A DNA stretch of 64,000 nucleotides from Felis catus (taxonomy: Eukaryota): contig NC_058368.1 of NCBI RefSeq assembly GCF_018350175.1, positions 161,512,001 to 161,576,000 on the forward strand, given 5' to 3'. How positions within the stretch are numbered: position 1 is the stretch's first letter; each line of letters opens with the position of its first letter. The notes under the pieces are model-generated. The model ran no database searches. It was given only the letters and a program-made list of their open reading frames with translations, and was not told where the DNA came from. The position numbers and the translations under genes are program-made. Below, one piece after another: positions 1 to 13,826 of the stretch.

Positions 1-797
1 ATGAAAATGTAAAGTTTCCCAGATCCCCATGACGCTAGCTAAAGTGTTACACAGTTTCCATTAGGTACTTCCTTAGCCATCTGTCCAGCCCCTCCTATAT
101 ACCCAAGTTTCTTTCATGTATCCTTTTCATTTAGGTCACAATTACACTTTCCCTCCAGGGCTATCACTATTTCTCTGGATTCAGCTATTATCTAAGAAAG
201 CACTGCCTATCTCATTTGTCCGTAAGTTCCTCTGGGTTTTCCAATGAAATTGTTTTTTCAAAGCCACCTGAAATCTCACTGCATACCATCTTCTACACTT
301 GTGGCAGAATTCTCCAAACTACCTGTTTTACCTTTCAAGGTACACCGAATCCGCTGCTCGACCCCCTTAAGTGTTACCTGCATACACACACGATCTTTCT
401 TTTTAGTCAGTTATCCAAGAAGTCCCAAACACTTTTAGAACTTAGATTCTAATGTCCATTAAATATAAATTTAATAACACATAAGAATCAATCACCAAGA
501 TTCCAAGGGGGAATCCAAAGTTGCTATAAGCAAAGAGATATGACTGTGACATCCATGCTTTTAAGTTTTGTTGACATCACTTTTAGAATTACATTTAAAA
601 TCAGATGGCTTTAAGAAATTTAATAAGTTACATCTCTGACAGAGAATAAAAAAATTACTTTATTCAAGATTCATCAAACTTGAATTCTGTATCAGATACT
701 CACTATAATGACAATTTCAATGGTAATGTTTGCCAGGATACAGGTGTTTGAAGCATTTCTTTTGCTCACTTACAGTAGGATCTTATATGACAACGTG

Positions 798-1001
798 TTT
801 TTTTTTAATGTTCTTTTATTTTTGAGAGAGACAGAGACAGAGGGTGAGCAGTGGCAGAGAGAGAGGGACACATAGAATCCAAAGTGGGCTCCAGGCTCTG
901 AGCTGTCAGCCCAGAGCCTGACATGAAGCTCGAACCCATGAACCATGAGATCATGACCTGAACCAGTCAAATGCTTAATCGCCTCAGGCACCCAGGCGCC
1001 C
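798..1001 (-). mobile_element. CanSINE (felid SINEC)
   Basis: Reverse complement starts GGGCGCCTGGGTGCCTGAGGCGATTAAGC, followed by a B-box-like GGGTTCGAGC, a CT tract and an A tail; TGACAA flanks both sides. Confidence 0.95.
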
Positions 1002-1056
1002 TGACAAGTTTTTAACATATCTTTCCTTTTGAGTCAACAAATATGGTTACGGCAAG

Positions 1057-1261
1057 ATTTTTGTTTTAACTTTTTTGAAGTTTATTTATTTTGGGGGGGA
1101 GGGGGAGTGGGTAGAGAAAGAGAGAGAGAAACAATCCCAAGCAGGCTCTGCAGTGTCAGTGCAGAGCCTGAGGCAGGGCTCAAACTCATGAACCTCAAGA
1201 CCATGACCTGAGCCGAAAGCAAGAGTTGGATGTTTAACCCACTGAGCCACCCAGGTGACTC
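1057..1261 (-). mobile_element. CanSINE, older diverged copy
   Basis: ACTGAGCCACCCAGG head and CATGACCTGAGCCGAAAGCAAGAGTTGG, with GA tract and T-rich tail on +. Confidence 0.92.
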
Positions 1262-1767
1262 TAGGATGAGATTATTAATGGGCAAGGTTAATTGACTCAT
1301 TCCTTCCTGCTCTTGCATTCTCTTTGGTTGCTAATTTCTTACATAATTCCATTTCACTACCTTCTCACATCCCTCAAATGTAAGTATCAGAAAACTGGAT
1401 ATAGGTTATTTTCAGTGAAGGGCCTTTAGCCCTGAAATTCCTTTCTTTGTGTGACAATGTGAGGCCTCCCATTTTGCCCAGCTTTCTTAAGGGTACATGC
1501 AATGACTATACTTTTTATTTGGCCACTAGATACAAGTATGCAACTGATAGGAAACAGGTTTGTAAAAGTGTATTTTACACTATTTTAATAAGAATTGTAA
1601 TTTTCTGGATTAATTTTAGCTTTAAGACTGTTATGCTGGATCAGTTTGAGGGAGAGATGAAAATTTGAAAATCAAAAAAATATATATATAATCTGGTTGT
1701 CTTGCTACTTTGAATCCTTCCATCACATATCAACATCATTGATATGAGATATTCCTTCAGCCCTGTA

Positions 1768-1898
1768 TTTTATTTTTTATTGGTGATAGGCACTTTATTT
1801 TATTATTATTTTTAAGTTTTTAGTTTAATTCCAGTTAACATACAGTCTAAATTAGTGTACAATATAGTGATTTTCAATTAGTGTACAATATAGTGATT
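1768..1898 (-). mobile_element. Very short 5'-truncated carnivore L1 3' end
   Basis: TTTAATTCCAGTTAACATACAG...GTGTACAATATAGTGATT matches the L1 3' terminus; 12-bp TSD TTCAGCCCTGTA at 1756-1767 and 1899-1910. Confidence 0.8.
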
Positions 1899-4897
1899 TT
1901 CAGCCCTGTACTTAAAAAAAAAAAAGTTTTCATTAATATATTTGGAGGGGAGGGGTTGGTTTAGGAAATTTAATACTATATTCATAAAAAAAAAGAGTTT
2001 TAGAATTGTAGTTGCTGCAATGATAAGCCCTATAGCAAATTGAAAAATCCTTCAAAAGTCATATAACTTAATTATTAAGTTACTAAGTTAATAATTAACA
2101 ATTAAAGTCAATTAATTGCTGTTTCTTCTATTCTCTCCTCACCCAGATCTCCATATGGTGACAATTCAGCTGTCATTTAAAATCCTTAGGATAAACCCAA
2201 AGTGGCAGGAAAATTGCTATTTGGCTATGTTTACCCAGGGGGTGGAGAAGAGAGAGAGGAGGGAACTGCTAGACCTAGTGCCTCTCACTAAGATTCGTCA
2301 AGGGCAAGGACTTTTAATGGACTCCAGTGTTTACTCTGTCTCTTTCTCAGAATTCAGTCTACTGACTCTGCTACCTCTTAACTTCAGAGAGAAAGCAAGG
2401 AGTCTTCCCTTTGAGAGCTTTGCAGTTAAAAGTCACTTTATGGAGAAGCTATCGGATAAGAGATTTTAGTTTCAAAGGCAGAAAAAAGTGTGTCTTTGTT
2501 CATCAGTATCTTTAATATTGGGTCACTTTTTCTTGTAACCAGAGTTTACATGTTTGGCTAATGGTAGGCTGGTAAGTTTGTGCCAACTGGGCTTTCCACA
2601 GTAGAATCCCTTTCTCTTTCCAACAAAAAAGTCCTAATTAGTAGTGTTTATAGATTTCTATAGTGTAAATACTCCCACTGTGGCTGATTTAGAGCTATCA
2701 TGTGATACTATAAACTGGAATTAGGAAGAGGTGGACACAATCAGCTCTCCCCTGGCAGCGTAGGTTATACAGGGTTTAGCCCTTGAGGGAAAAGAAGAAT
2801 AGAAGCCCCTTAGGTCTTCCTACAGCTTAGACCAAAGGAATCTTTCTACTATGCAGTCTTGTGATGATAATTGAGACTTTTACTATAGACATCTTATCAG
2901 AAATTGACATCCATACAAGCAAAGGAAATGCACCTTCTAATAAGTTAAACTATAAGGTTCAGTCAAATCATTTCATGAAACTTGTCTATTTAGTAGTCTT
3001 CAAATTCTCATTGTGGTTCAATAGAAAGAATGCATTGTTTAGTTGAAAGGGAAGATATATTTAGTATGATTTGGGGAAAGTTTCACTGCGAGAAAAAAAA
3101 GTTTCACTGTGAGAAGATGCCTTCTGAAAGAAAAGTATTTTTCTTTTTCCTTCCCAACTTCTTCACTGTTTCCCTAAATGCTTTAGTTAATTATAGTCAC
3201 CTTGCTTAAAGCTTTATGTCGTAGATCTAAAGAGATGGGAATAGAAGATGAGGCAATGTTCAGTGAAATTTCAAAAATACTACAACTATTATATTTCTGC
3301 TATTTTGTTTTATTCTTGACCATTATAGTATATTATTCTGCCCAGTAATTTCACAGAGATGTTAAATGACTTCCCTCAAATTACACAATCATTATTAAAG
3401 CTTAGGGATAGAACACAGATCTTTCAACTTCCATCTAAGGTTGCCTGCCCTGCTTAACACTTTCTTTTTAAAATATTAAAATAAAATTTTAATATTCTGT
3501 GTATTTGAGTGCTCTCTAAACTGAACTTCTCTAATTTATCTGGGGTCTTAAGTGACTGTTGGATTTTGGGCCTGTCTTTGTCACCTCTGCTATGCCAGTT
3601 CCTATTAGAAACTTTACACTAATTTTGGTGGTGCATATACTATTGCTAGATGATTATAAGGTACATCAAAGAAAATGGTAGATGCAATTTGTTTTAGTTA
3701 AGAGGAAAACTAAAATCATTTTTTTTCTTATTAAAATGAAAATAAATGTTATAGTTATATATATATATTCAATTCTTTTCTTTCCAGACTGGTAATCACT
3801 ACTATCCTATTTAGCAATTTCTATTAATTATTAAGGTAGCAAAAATCAATAGATTAGCTGTATTTAATTTACCTTTATTTTTGCAAGTATCCTGCTAGCC
3901 TTCATGACATTGCATATGAGCATATTATGTGGATTGGGTAATTACAAACTTAAAAAATTACTCACTCAATAGCTTCTAATGATGTCTTTAGTGCTATTAT
4001 AATCAACTGTATCATATCCTTGGTGACTTAAATTTTAGGGTTGCTATTTCATGATTTCTTAGATTATTTTATGGCAGAAAATAGTTGTAAAAATTCTAGC
4101 AGAGTTTTTCAAAAGTAATGTTAAAATTTGGCAGAACAAAAATTACTACTAAGGTCATGATATCATAATTGAAATATTTGATTCCAAAAGTTATATTTAT
4201 GTGTTTTCCAAAAGTTTGTTTTTCTCTCTCTTTCTTTTTTTTCCTTTCTGCCTCTGTATCTCCCGCGCTCTCTCTCTCTCTCTCAATCATGAAACAAATA
4301 TCAGATTTTAAAAGTTGTTGAAATCTTTCAGGTAAGTTTTTTATGGCATAAATAATTAATATTTTAGTGATTATAAAGATATGAGAGTATAGTATAAATT
4401 CTTTTTCCTCTTCTAGTTTTCATCTCTTTTTTCCGATTCTAAGACAAGCTTCCATAGGCATTAATTCTATGGCATATGTGTCAAAGACATTTTCTATTCT
4501 GAATTGCTACCATCAAAATATAGCTACAGTGAAGACCATTTTAGCCTGACATCTGGACATCATGGTCCTCCTTTTCAGAAGAGTGCTATTTGATATATAA
4601 TGCTCATGTCCAGTAGAAAAGACTTTGAGGTCTCTTAATAACATCACCTTATATTTCATAGTACATTTACGTTTTCCACTGAGCTTCATATCCTCTATTA
4701 AGCCATCAAAGAAGCAATTTAAGGTAGAGAGAATAAATATTTTTTTGAATATTTTATAAGGACACTGAGCAAGAGAAGGTAAAAATGAGCTATAGAAAAC
4801 TGCAAGCAATCCAGAAAATAATTAGGCAAAAAGGTACAAACTTTCAGCTAAATGTACGAATACATTTCTAGAATTTTTAGGGTATTTAGAATGTTTA

Positions 4898-5399
4898 TTT
4901 TTATTTAAATTTTAAATTTTTTAACTTGAGTATAGTTGATACACAATGTTACATTAGTTTCAGGTGTGCAATATAGTGATCCAGCTTCTCTGTGCATTAT
5001 GCTGTGCTCTCTACAAGTGTAGTTACCATCTGTCACCATACAACTCTAGTACAGTATCACTGACTATATTCCCTCTGTTGTGCCTTTTACATCTGTGACT
5101 TATCATCCCGTAACTAGGAGCATAGATCTCCCATTCCCTTTACTCATTTTGCCCATACTCTTACCTCTCTCCATCTGGTAACCATTCATACTCCATATTT
5201 ATAGATCTGATTCTGTTTTTGTTGCTGTTGTTGTTGTTGTTAGTTTGTTCATTTATTTTGGTTTTTAGAGTCCACATACAATGTGAAATCATAGGATATT
5301 TGTCTTTCTCAGTCTGACTTATTTCACTTAGCATAATACCCTCCATATCCATCCATGTTGTCACAATTGGCAGAATCCTTTTTTATGGCTGCATTATAT

Positions 5400-5443
<44 letters not shown>

Positions 5444-6190
5444 TATTTCTCCCTTATCCATTCGCTTATTGATGGTCACTTAGGTTGCTTTGTATTTTGG
5501 TTCTTGTAAATAATGCTGTAATAAACATGGGGCATATATATATTTTTTGATTTAGTATTTTCATTTTCTTTGGGTAAATACCCAGTAGTAGAATTATAGA
5601 TCTATGGTATTTCTATTTTTAATTTTGGGGGGAGCATCAATACTGTTTTCCACAGTGTCTATGCTATATTACATTCCCACCAACAGCACCCAAGGATTCC
5701 TTTTCCTCCACATCATCACCATCACTTGTTTTTTCTTGTCCTATTGATTTTAGCCATTCTGACAGGTGTAAAGTGATATCTTATGGTTTTTATTTGCATT
5801 TCCTTGATGATTAAGAATGTTGAGCTTTTTCTCATGTGTCTGTTGACCATATGTATGCCTTCTTTGGAAAAAAAAATGTCTATTCAGGTCCTCTGCCCAT
5901 TTTTTAATAGGATTCTTTGGTTGTTTGATGATGAGTTGTATAATTTCTTTATGTATTTTGGGTATCAACCCCTTATCACATGTATCATTTATAAATCTCT
6001 TCTTGCATTCAGAAGGTTGCCCTCTTATTTTGTTGATAGTTTTCTTCACTGCTCCTTTTTATTTTTTTGTAGCCGTAATAGTTTATTTTTGTTTCTGTTT
6101 CCTTTGCCTTAGGAGATATATCTAGGAACGATTGCCTAGACTCTCTTCTAGGATTTTTATGGTTTTAGGTCTTACGTTTAAGTCTTTAAT
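4898..6190 (-). mobile_element. Carnivore L1, 3' part (ORF2 C-terminus and 3'UTR) of a 5'-inverted insertion
   Basis: T-rich tail at 4898; ORF track peptides MTTWMDMEGIMLSEISQTEKDKY and [14 protein letters not shown] are L1-like; TSD ATTTAGAATGTTTA at 4884-4897 and 6881-6894. Confidence 0.93.
5402..5438. repeat. (GT)n microsatellite inside the L1 3' region
   Basis: Direct reading. Confidence 0.97.
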
Positions 6191-6880
6191 TTAAAATTGG
6201 TAGTGTTTCTACACAGTAATAATGAAGAAGCAGAGAGAAATTAAGACAACAATTCCATTTATAATTGTACTAGAAGGAAAAAGAAAAGTACCTCAGAATA
6301 AACTTAACTAAGGAGGTGAAAGGCTTGTAAAAGATTCTGAAAACTATAAACATTGATGAAAGAAATTGAACATGACACAAAGAGGTGGGAAGATATTCCA
6401 TGCTCATGGATTGGAAGAATTAGTATTGTTAAATGTCCATACTATCCCCAGCAATCTACAGATTTAATGTAATCCTTATCAAAATATCAACAGCACTTTT
6501 CGTAAAACTAGAACAAACAATCCTAAAATTTGTATGGAACCACAGAAAACTCTGAAGAGCCAAAGCAATCTTGAGAAATAAAAATACAGCTGTAGGTATC
6601 ACAATTCCAGATTTCAGGGTATACTACAAAGCTGCAGTAATCAAAACAATATGATATTTGGCACAAAAATAGACACATAGATCAATGGAACAGAATAGAA
6701 ATTCCAGAAACAAACCCATGTTTAGATGGTCAATTAATCTATGACAAAGGAGGCAAAAATTCACAATGGGGGAAATTTATTCTCGTCAATAAATGGTGTT
6801 GGGAAAACTGGACATCTATATGCAAAAGCTACATATAAGTGGACCACTTTTCACACCATACACAAAAATAAACTCAAAGC
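6191..6880 (+). mobile_element. L1 ORF2 segment, inverted half of the same insertion
   Basis: Sense ORF2 sequence (ATTCCATGCTCATGGATTGGAAGAAT, AATAAATGGTGTTGGGAAAACTGG) ending at AAACTCAAA beside the right TSD. Confidence 0.92.
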
Positions 6881-7986
6881 ATTTAGAATGTTTAAATCAC
6901 TATTCTATTGACTTCATTAGATAAAATCTATATTTATAAGACTTATTTTAAATTGTATTGAAGGAGTCATATGTGAAAATAGTGGAGTAAGACACTCTGA
7001 AATTTCTCTCTTCCATGAAAGTAATATGGAAACGAAAAATTGTTAGAATGATTTTTTCTTTCAGAATTGTGGCTATTTACTGAGGGTTTATTTTTTGAAC
7101 TCTATTCTGTTTTTTTGAACTTTCTATCTTGAGCTAGTAGCCTACGATTTAGTTATTGTAGTGCTAGGGTACATTTTAGTTAACTAGATTGGCATATCTC
7201 ACTTTATTATACTTTTCCGAATGTTCTTGGATTTTAGATTTACCTTAGACTATATTAAGTTCACAGATTATTCTGAGAAGAATTAATACCTTTGAAATCT
7301 TAGATTTTCCTGCTCAGAAATAATACGTGACTTCATATTTATTTTGGTCTTTTATACCCTCTGGAATGGTTCATGATATTTTCATATAGTTTTGCATAGT
7401 TCTTATTAAATTTATTGTTTTATTTTGTATATTCTTTTATATAAAAGGAGATTTCTTCTTTTTATTAAATTTTACATTTGTTATTTGTAATATATGGAAA
7501 ACTCTTATTGGCTTATTTACTTGTAGACCTATCACATGTAGACTTTATCTTTTTTCTTGACTTTTTATTTAGGTAAACATATTGCCTGACAATATTTATT
7601 TTTATTTTGTCCTGAGTTTCATAGTTTTCATTTCCTTTTCTTATGTTACCGTACTAGATAATAAAATCCTAATACCTGTGGGGAGTAAAGAATTCTTATT
7701 TTATGCATTTGATATTATTTATTCACAGAATGATAAAATGTAATAACTTTTTACATATCACAAAAAAACATCTAATCCAGTCCTTTAAATTGAAATATGT
7801 AACAGGGAATGGAATGATAAAGTGACATTCTTAAATTAGCATAGTTCCTTAATGACATAACTTTTACTAGAATTCTCCCTTTGGCTTTCATTCCAGCTCT
7901 TTACTACTCTAGTCTGCTTTTCTTCACAGGATAATCAGTGAGTCCACTTTAAGTAGAGTCTCACTTTGATTTGTCAGAATACTGTT

Positions 7987-8209
7987 TTTTTTTTAATTTT
8001 TTTTAACTTTTTTAATTTATTTTTGGGACAGAGAGAGACAGAGCATGAACGGGGGAGGGGCAGAGAGAGAGGGAGACACAGAATCAGAAACAGGCTCCAG
8101 GCTCCGAGCCATCAGCCCAGAGCCTGACGCGGGGCTCGAACTCACGGACTGCGAGATCGTGACCTGGCTGAAGTCGGACGCTTAACCGACTGCGCCACCC
8201 AGGCGCCCC
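7987..8209 (-). mobile_element. Young felid SINEC_Fc-type element
   Basis: CpG-rich and near consensus; perfect TSD AGAATACTGTT at 7976-7986 and 8210-8220. Confidence 0.97.
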
Positions 8210-10275
8210 AGAATACTGTTATTTAATTGACATTCTACTCAAGTCTGCCACATATATAGCTGAAACCTCCCTCTTCACTACCAAATTGGGTGGGTCCTTA
8301 GGGCTGGAAAAAAATAAATGAATAAATCAAGGTAACATACTCTTCTATTTGGCCTGGTAGTCATTACATGTATTTGTTCATTACATATACAAAAATATAT
8401 ACATAGTCTTTAGTTCACAGATATTCAGAAACATGTTAAAATATCAGATCAAATCTCTTTCTCTAGCATATTTTCAATATAAAGCTTAAATTTGATTTTT
8501 TTTAAATTTTCATTATTATAGTTTTTGGGGGAATCTGAGTTGGTCAATATGGCATCACCTTTACTTTCAAGGAAACAGGTGATATTACTGCAAGAATTAT
8601 TTTTTTTTGAAGATGTATCTGATTTTTGAAATTCCAAAGACAATATTCTGCCTGCACCTGTGTGAATATTTTGTCAGAATTAATTTAGAATATGTAATTG
8701 TATGGATGTTGACTAATTAATGCAAAACCCAGTGGGACTACCAGAGAGTCAAACAAGTTCTTTCTAGTACATAGGGACAGTTGCTCTGGTAGGTCAAGTT
8801 TCATTAAACTAATGATGTCAATCATACCAAGGGTCTTAGGTAAATTTGGGTGATATTTCCACATTATGGACCATGATTCAAACATCATGCCATATCATCA
8901 ATTCCGTATTTCACTGTGGCAGAGAACATGAATTGCAAGCTACTCAGCAATTCTTTCAGTACAATTTTGCCACATGCTGGGACCCAGAAGTCTAGTTGGC
9001 TATGTGTTTATTTAACTGGGAATCTTTATTGAAAGGGTTTATTCTCATGGTCATGATTCACTGGTGTAAGCAAACTTAATAAAGACAACTGTACTCTACT
9101 TGTTCCCCATATCAGAGACCGTGTTAATTCTATTAGGGTAGAGTTGAGAAGCACAGACAGACGGGTGATGATTATAAATTTTTTCTGTTTCTCTTCATTT
9201 ATACCATTTTCTAATCAGTTAAGCCAGAATAATTGTGATGCTACCCCTCTGACTCTAAATTCCATGGCAAGAGAGACATTTTTTAAATGTGCCATTCATC
9301 ACTCTGTCACCATGACTCAACCTATAGTCTGTCTGGTAAGAAGTGGGTGTTCATATTACACAACTTCCAGAGAAAAGCCAGAGGACAGTATTGTTGTGAG
9401 TATTAGGCTAGGATAGAGTCTCAAAACCATGTCTTTATAGAAATATTTCCCTTTAAATCCCTAATAGAAATAGTCACAGAAGAAAAGCCAGGCTGTTGGG
9501 ATTTTGTGCTTTCCCCAAATCAGTATATAATGACTGACCTCTGTGTAGAACATATCTGATACAGAAGAATTCTTTTTGCCTACCTAGACCGTGTCAACCT
9601 TTGTGATTTGTACAAAAACATGTCTTTTTGGAACTTTGCGAGACCCTAAAGAGAGGCTTGGAAACATGGATTCAAGAAGATTTTCACTGAGTTACTCACT
9701 TATATACTTTCTAGAATTCTAAGTTTATGATTCTATAAAAGCTGTGTAAAGTTCCAAAAGTAAAAGAATCCCAAAGAGAAACCAGACAAGAGTCATTATT
9801 ATGGAAAATATTTTAGTCCCCTACATAAGCAATTAATTATTTGCTTGTCCCTGTGATTGTTTCTCCCAAAGCTACATCATCCATAAATTTTGGCCTGGGT
9901 TCTTACCCATCCCAGCACTCCTTCAGTGGAATTTGGGAATAGAGACTGGGCCTTGAGAATGGAATACAACAGTAAAGTATAATTTTACTTTGGCAGTAAA
10001 ATTTAACAGTGGCCAAATTCCCAAGAATAAGGCAGGGAGGCTGGCTGGTTCAAGGCAGATAAATTACTAAGGAATTCCTACTCTTTCTCTGCTCAGCTCG
10101 TCATATATTTCTTTTTAGCAACGTTCATCCATAAAATTTCCAAGTGCTATTTCCTGTGGAGGAGTAGGGAAAAAATATTTCTTAGCCCTTGCCACTTTTC
10201 ATGTGCATAACCACAAAGATATGTAGCTTTCTATGTATCCTAAACCTAGATGAACTGTTAAGAAAAGAAGACCAT

Positions 10276-10482
10276 GGGTGCTTGAGTGGCTCAGTTGTTT
10301 CAGCATCCAACTCTTGGTTTTGGTTCAGGTCATGATCTCACAGTTTCATGAATTTGAGCTCCACGTCATGCTATGTGCCGGCAACACAGATCCTTCTTGG
10401 AATTCTCTCTCCCTCTCTATCTGCCCCTCTCCCACTTCCTGTCTGTCTCTCTCAAATAAATAAATTAAAAAAATAAATAAAA
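10276..10482 (+). mobile_element. CanSINE, diverged
   Basis: GGGTGCTTGAGTGGCTCAGTT head, CT tract, AATAAA tail. Confidence 0.92.
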
Positions 10483-11087
10483 GATCACTATAAGACCACA
10501 GTGGTAAACATGCTCTTTTATGAGTGCTCTATTTGATGAATAAGTTTTATCTGGTATCATTTTATCAGTATATACTTCCCTATCTGCCTATATATATTTC
10601 TTCATACTTAAAATTTATATTGTGATTATAGGCTAATTTTTTATTACAATGCTATAAAATTAGGTGAAATTTTGCTACCTATAGAAAATAACAGTGAATT
10701 AGCATAATGAAATGCACATCTGGATGTTAAAGCTCAATGACAAAATACTGATTTCTTAAAAAAAATACTTTATTCATATTTTAGCATTTTACTGAGAAAA
10801 ATAAAGAGAAAGGGTCATTTCTTTATCCCACCCCCTAAGGATACCACTGGAAGACATATCTTGGATTAACTTTCTCTATTAAGTACCTCAGAGTTACACA
10901 TTTCTTTCTCTTCTTACTTCTGTTCTCCCCAGGCACAGATACACAGTATTTTGAGCAGTCAGAAATCTGAAATTTACTGATTACTCACCTATTTAATTTT
11001 ATAACTAGGACATTTTAAGGTAAAGAAGGTTAATCTTAGTTTCCAGATTTTAGATCTGTTTTTGCTCATCATTTTATCACTTTTACC

Positions 11088-11155
11088 CACACAGTGCCAA
11101 GCATACAGATGATCCTCATATAATATTTGTGAAATGAATAAGGAAATGAATAAAG
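11088..11155 (+). mobile_element. L2 3' end relic
   Basis: CACAGTGCCAAGCATACAG...ATATTTGTGAAATGAATAA resembles the L2 terminus. Confidence 0.55.
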
Positions 11156-13795
11156 GTATGTTAAGTGAAGACATTGGAAGAAAACAAAATTTCCTGGTTC
11201 TTTTTCTCAAAGTTTGAATAGGAACAGTGAGCCATAGGTTGTTATTGGTAAAAAACATTGCTGCCAACACCCTGGATGTTAGAACCTCTCTGTCAGCTGC
11301 TTTCTCAGTATTATTACCCGATAACCTTAATAATTTTCCCTGGGAAGACATCTTTTAGCACCACTGAGTTGTACTATATAAAGTGCAAAGATTGTCATTG
11401 ATTAGAATAATTATTATCTATTAAAAGCATTAGGTCAGCTAGACCCGCAGAAAGAAACCCTGCTCTGCTTTTATTCACACCAGGTTAGTAATCATGGTAC
11501 ATTATTTGACATTAAATGGATTTTTTTTAGTTTTCTCCAAAATTATTGCCCATTGAAGACTTATACAGGTACCTGTTTAGCTCACATCATATGTCAGAAC
11601 AATTCTTGTCTGATATAAGTTTAAATATTATGGAAGGGTTTTTATTACACCTGTGCTAGCAGCAATAGAGTTTTCTCAAACTTTTTGAGTAGTGTTCACT
11701 TTCTCAGTTCAGTTAAGACATGAAGATAAAAGCTAAAAGTATTCCTCAAAGTGCCAAACCTAAGAATGATAATGAGAGAGGAATGGCAATAAAATGAAAT
11801 CTTTGGGAAGGTTTATATCCATTGGACCATTCTACATACCCACATTTAACTGCCTTTTGGATGTTTATTTAGGAGGATGACACAAATAGCACTCAGCCTC
11901 TGAAAAGTTTGCTAATTCCAGCTCTCTAGTCACTTGATGAATTTGTCAATTTAACCTTAATGACTTTAGCTATTTGACAGAATTCACAAGACTACAGTAT
12001 TGGAAGCTAAGAAGGAAGAAACCTCTTTACTGACTGTACAGGAAAGCTTATCTCTGACTAGCCCTGCACCAGTGGATCAGTAGATCCTAATCTATTTTCT
12101 ATCAGCGCAGGGTGTGAAATCTGAGAGACAAAGTTATGATATTTCCGAAGTTTATAGCAGTACTTTATATAGAAGTCTACTAAGAGCAACCATTTATGTT
12201 CATGTATATCATGCATAGAAGCCTGCCACAAATGGCTCCCCTAACATTACACAGTACGCAACTTACACCATCCTACAAAGCAGCCATGGATCCAATCCAC
12301 TCTGTCCTTTATTTCAAAGATATTTGTTTCTTATGAAGATAACAGTAATTCAAAAAGTATGGTCCTTTATGTTCTACGTTCATGATTAGATATAAAGAAA
12401 GAAGGTGAGCTCTGCATTTCTGCACTTAGATCTGCTAGCTCAGGTACAAACTTTTTTTGTGCCTATCTTTTTGATGCAAGTGAGAAGCATTTTATTTCCA
12501 TCTTCACCTTTCTCTAAGTCTCTTATTCATCGAAACTTAAAAAAAGTAAGTTTATGGATTTCAGAAACACCTAGACCACCCTAGAATCTATCTGGTCAAC
12601 TCTGTATGGTGACACGAGTGCTAATGACAGAAATTTCTAGGATGGTAATTGCTTCACTTATCACATACTTTTAAAATTAGTTTGTAAATGTTTGTTTCCA
12701 CTACAAGACTGAAGTACAAATTAGTTAGGAACCGTGTCTATTTTGTTCACCATATCCCTAAAATTTCTCAGAAAAAACTTGCTTAAACTGTATTTGAATG
12801 AATTTTTAAAAATACTTTAAAGGTACATAAGTCGTAAATAAAACAATATTAATACTTTAACAGAATATGTAGCAAGTCATGACATCTGGAAACTGAAAAA
12901 AGTACAGACGTCATTAAAATTAAGTAGATGAGAAGAAATTCACTTTTGTTGTGTACTTTCATTTTGCATATATCATCCGCTTATTTTTACAAATATTTTA
13001 AAGGGTCACTCTCATTAGAGGGCTATGAAAATCTCTGACTATTGTTTTGGGTTTGTCTAGTTTTCCTTGTAGTTCTATCATTTTGTGATTCATGTATTTA
13101 AAAGTTCTTTTGTTAGTTGCATAATTATTTAAGATTATTACATTCTCTTGACGGATGACTCCTTTACCATTATGACTTTTTTTTTATTCCTTGAAATATC
13201 CTTTGCTCTAAAATCTATTTTTATAATATTAATGTAGCCACTTTAGCTTTCTTTTTATTTAGTGTTAGCATGTTATGTCTTTTTCCATTCCTTTTAACCT
13301 GTTTGTATCTTTAGATTTAAAGAGTGTTTCTTCCAGGCAGCATAGAATTAGCTCTTGTTTTTGTGTACACACTAACATTCTCTAACATTTAATTGAATTA
13401 GGCCATTTACATTATGATTATTGGTAAGAATTAGCTTAAGTCTGTCATCTTTCTATCTGTTTTCTCTTGATCCCATTTTTTTTCATTTTTATGTTGTTCC
13501 TACTTTCTGTCTTCATTTGCATTTTTTTATGATTCCATTTTATCCTTTTTGTTGGCTATTTATTTTTATTACTATTATTTGTTAACTCTTTTTTAGTGGT
13601 TGCTTTAGGGTTTATAGTATACACACTTATGATAGCCTACTTCATCACCATTTTGTCTACACTTCATCTAATGAAATTATACCAATTTAACTACACTTAC
13701 AGAAATTTATAATAATAACCTTCACTTCTCCCCTTCTCACTTTTGTGTAATTTTTTGTCTTAATTTTATATTATATAATGAAATCCCTAATATAC

Positions 13796-13826
<31 letters not shown>

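Noticed and set aside
2116..2469. 117-aa ORF, and similar ones at 10989-11351 and 32983-33354
   Set aside because: No recognisable domain or supporting exon structure; lengths compatible with chance
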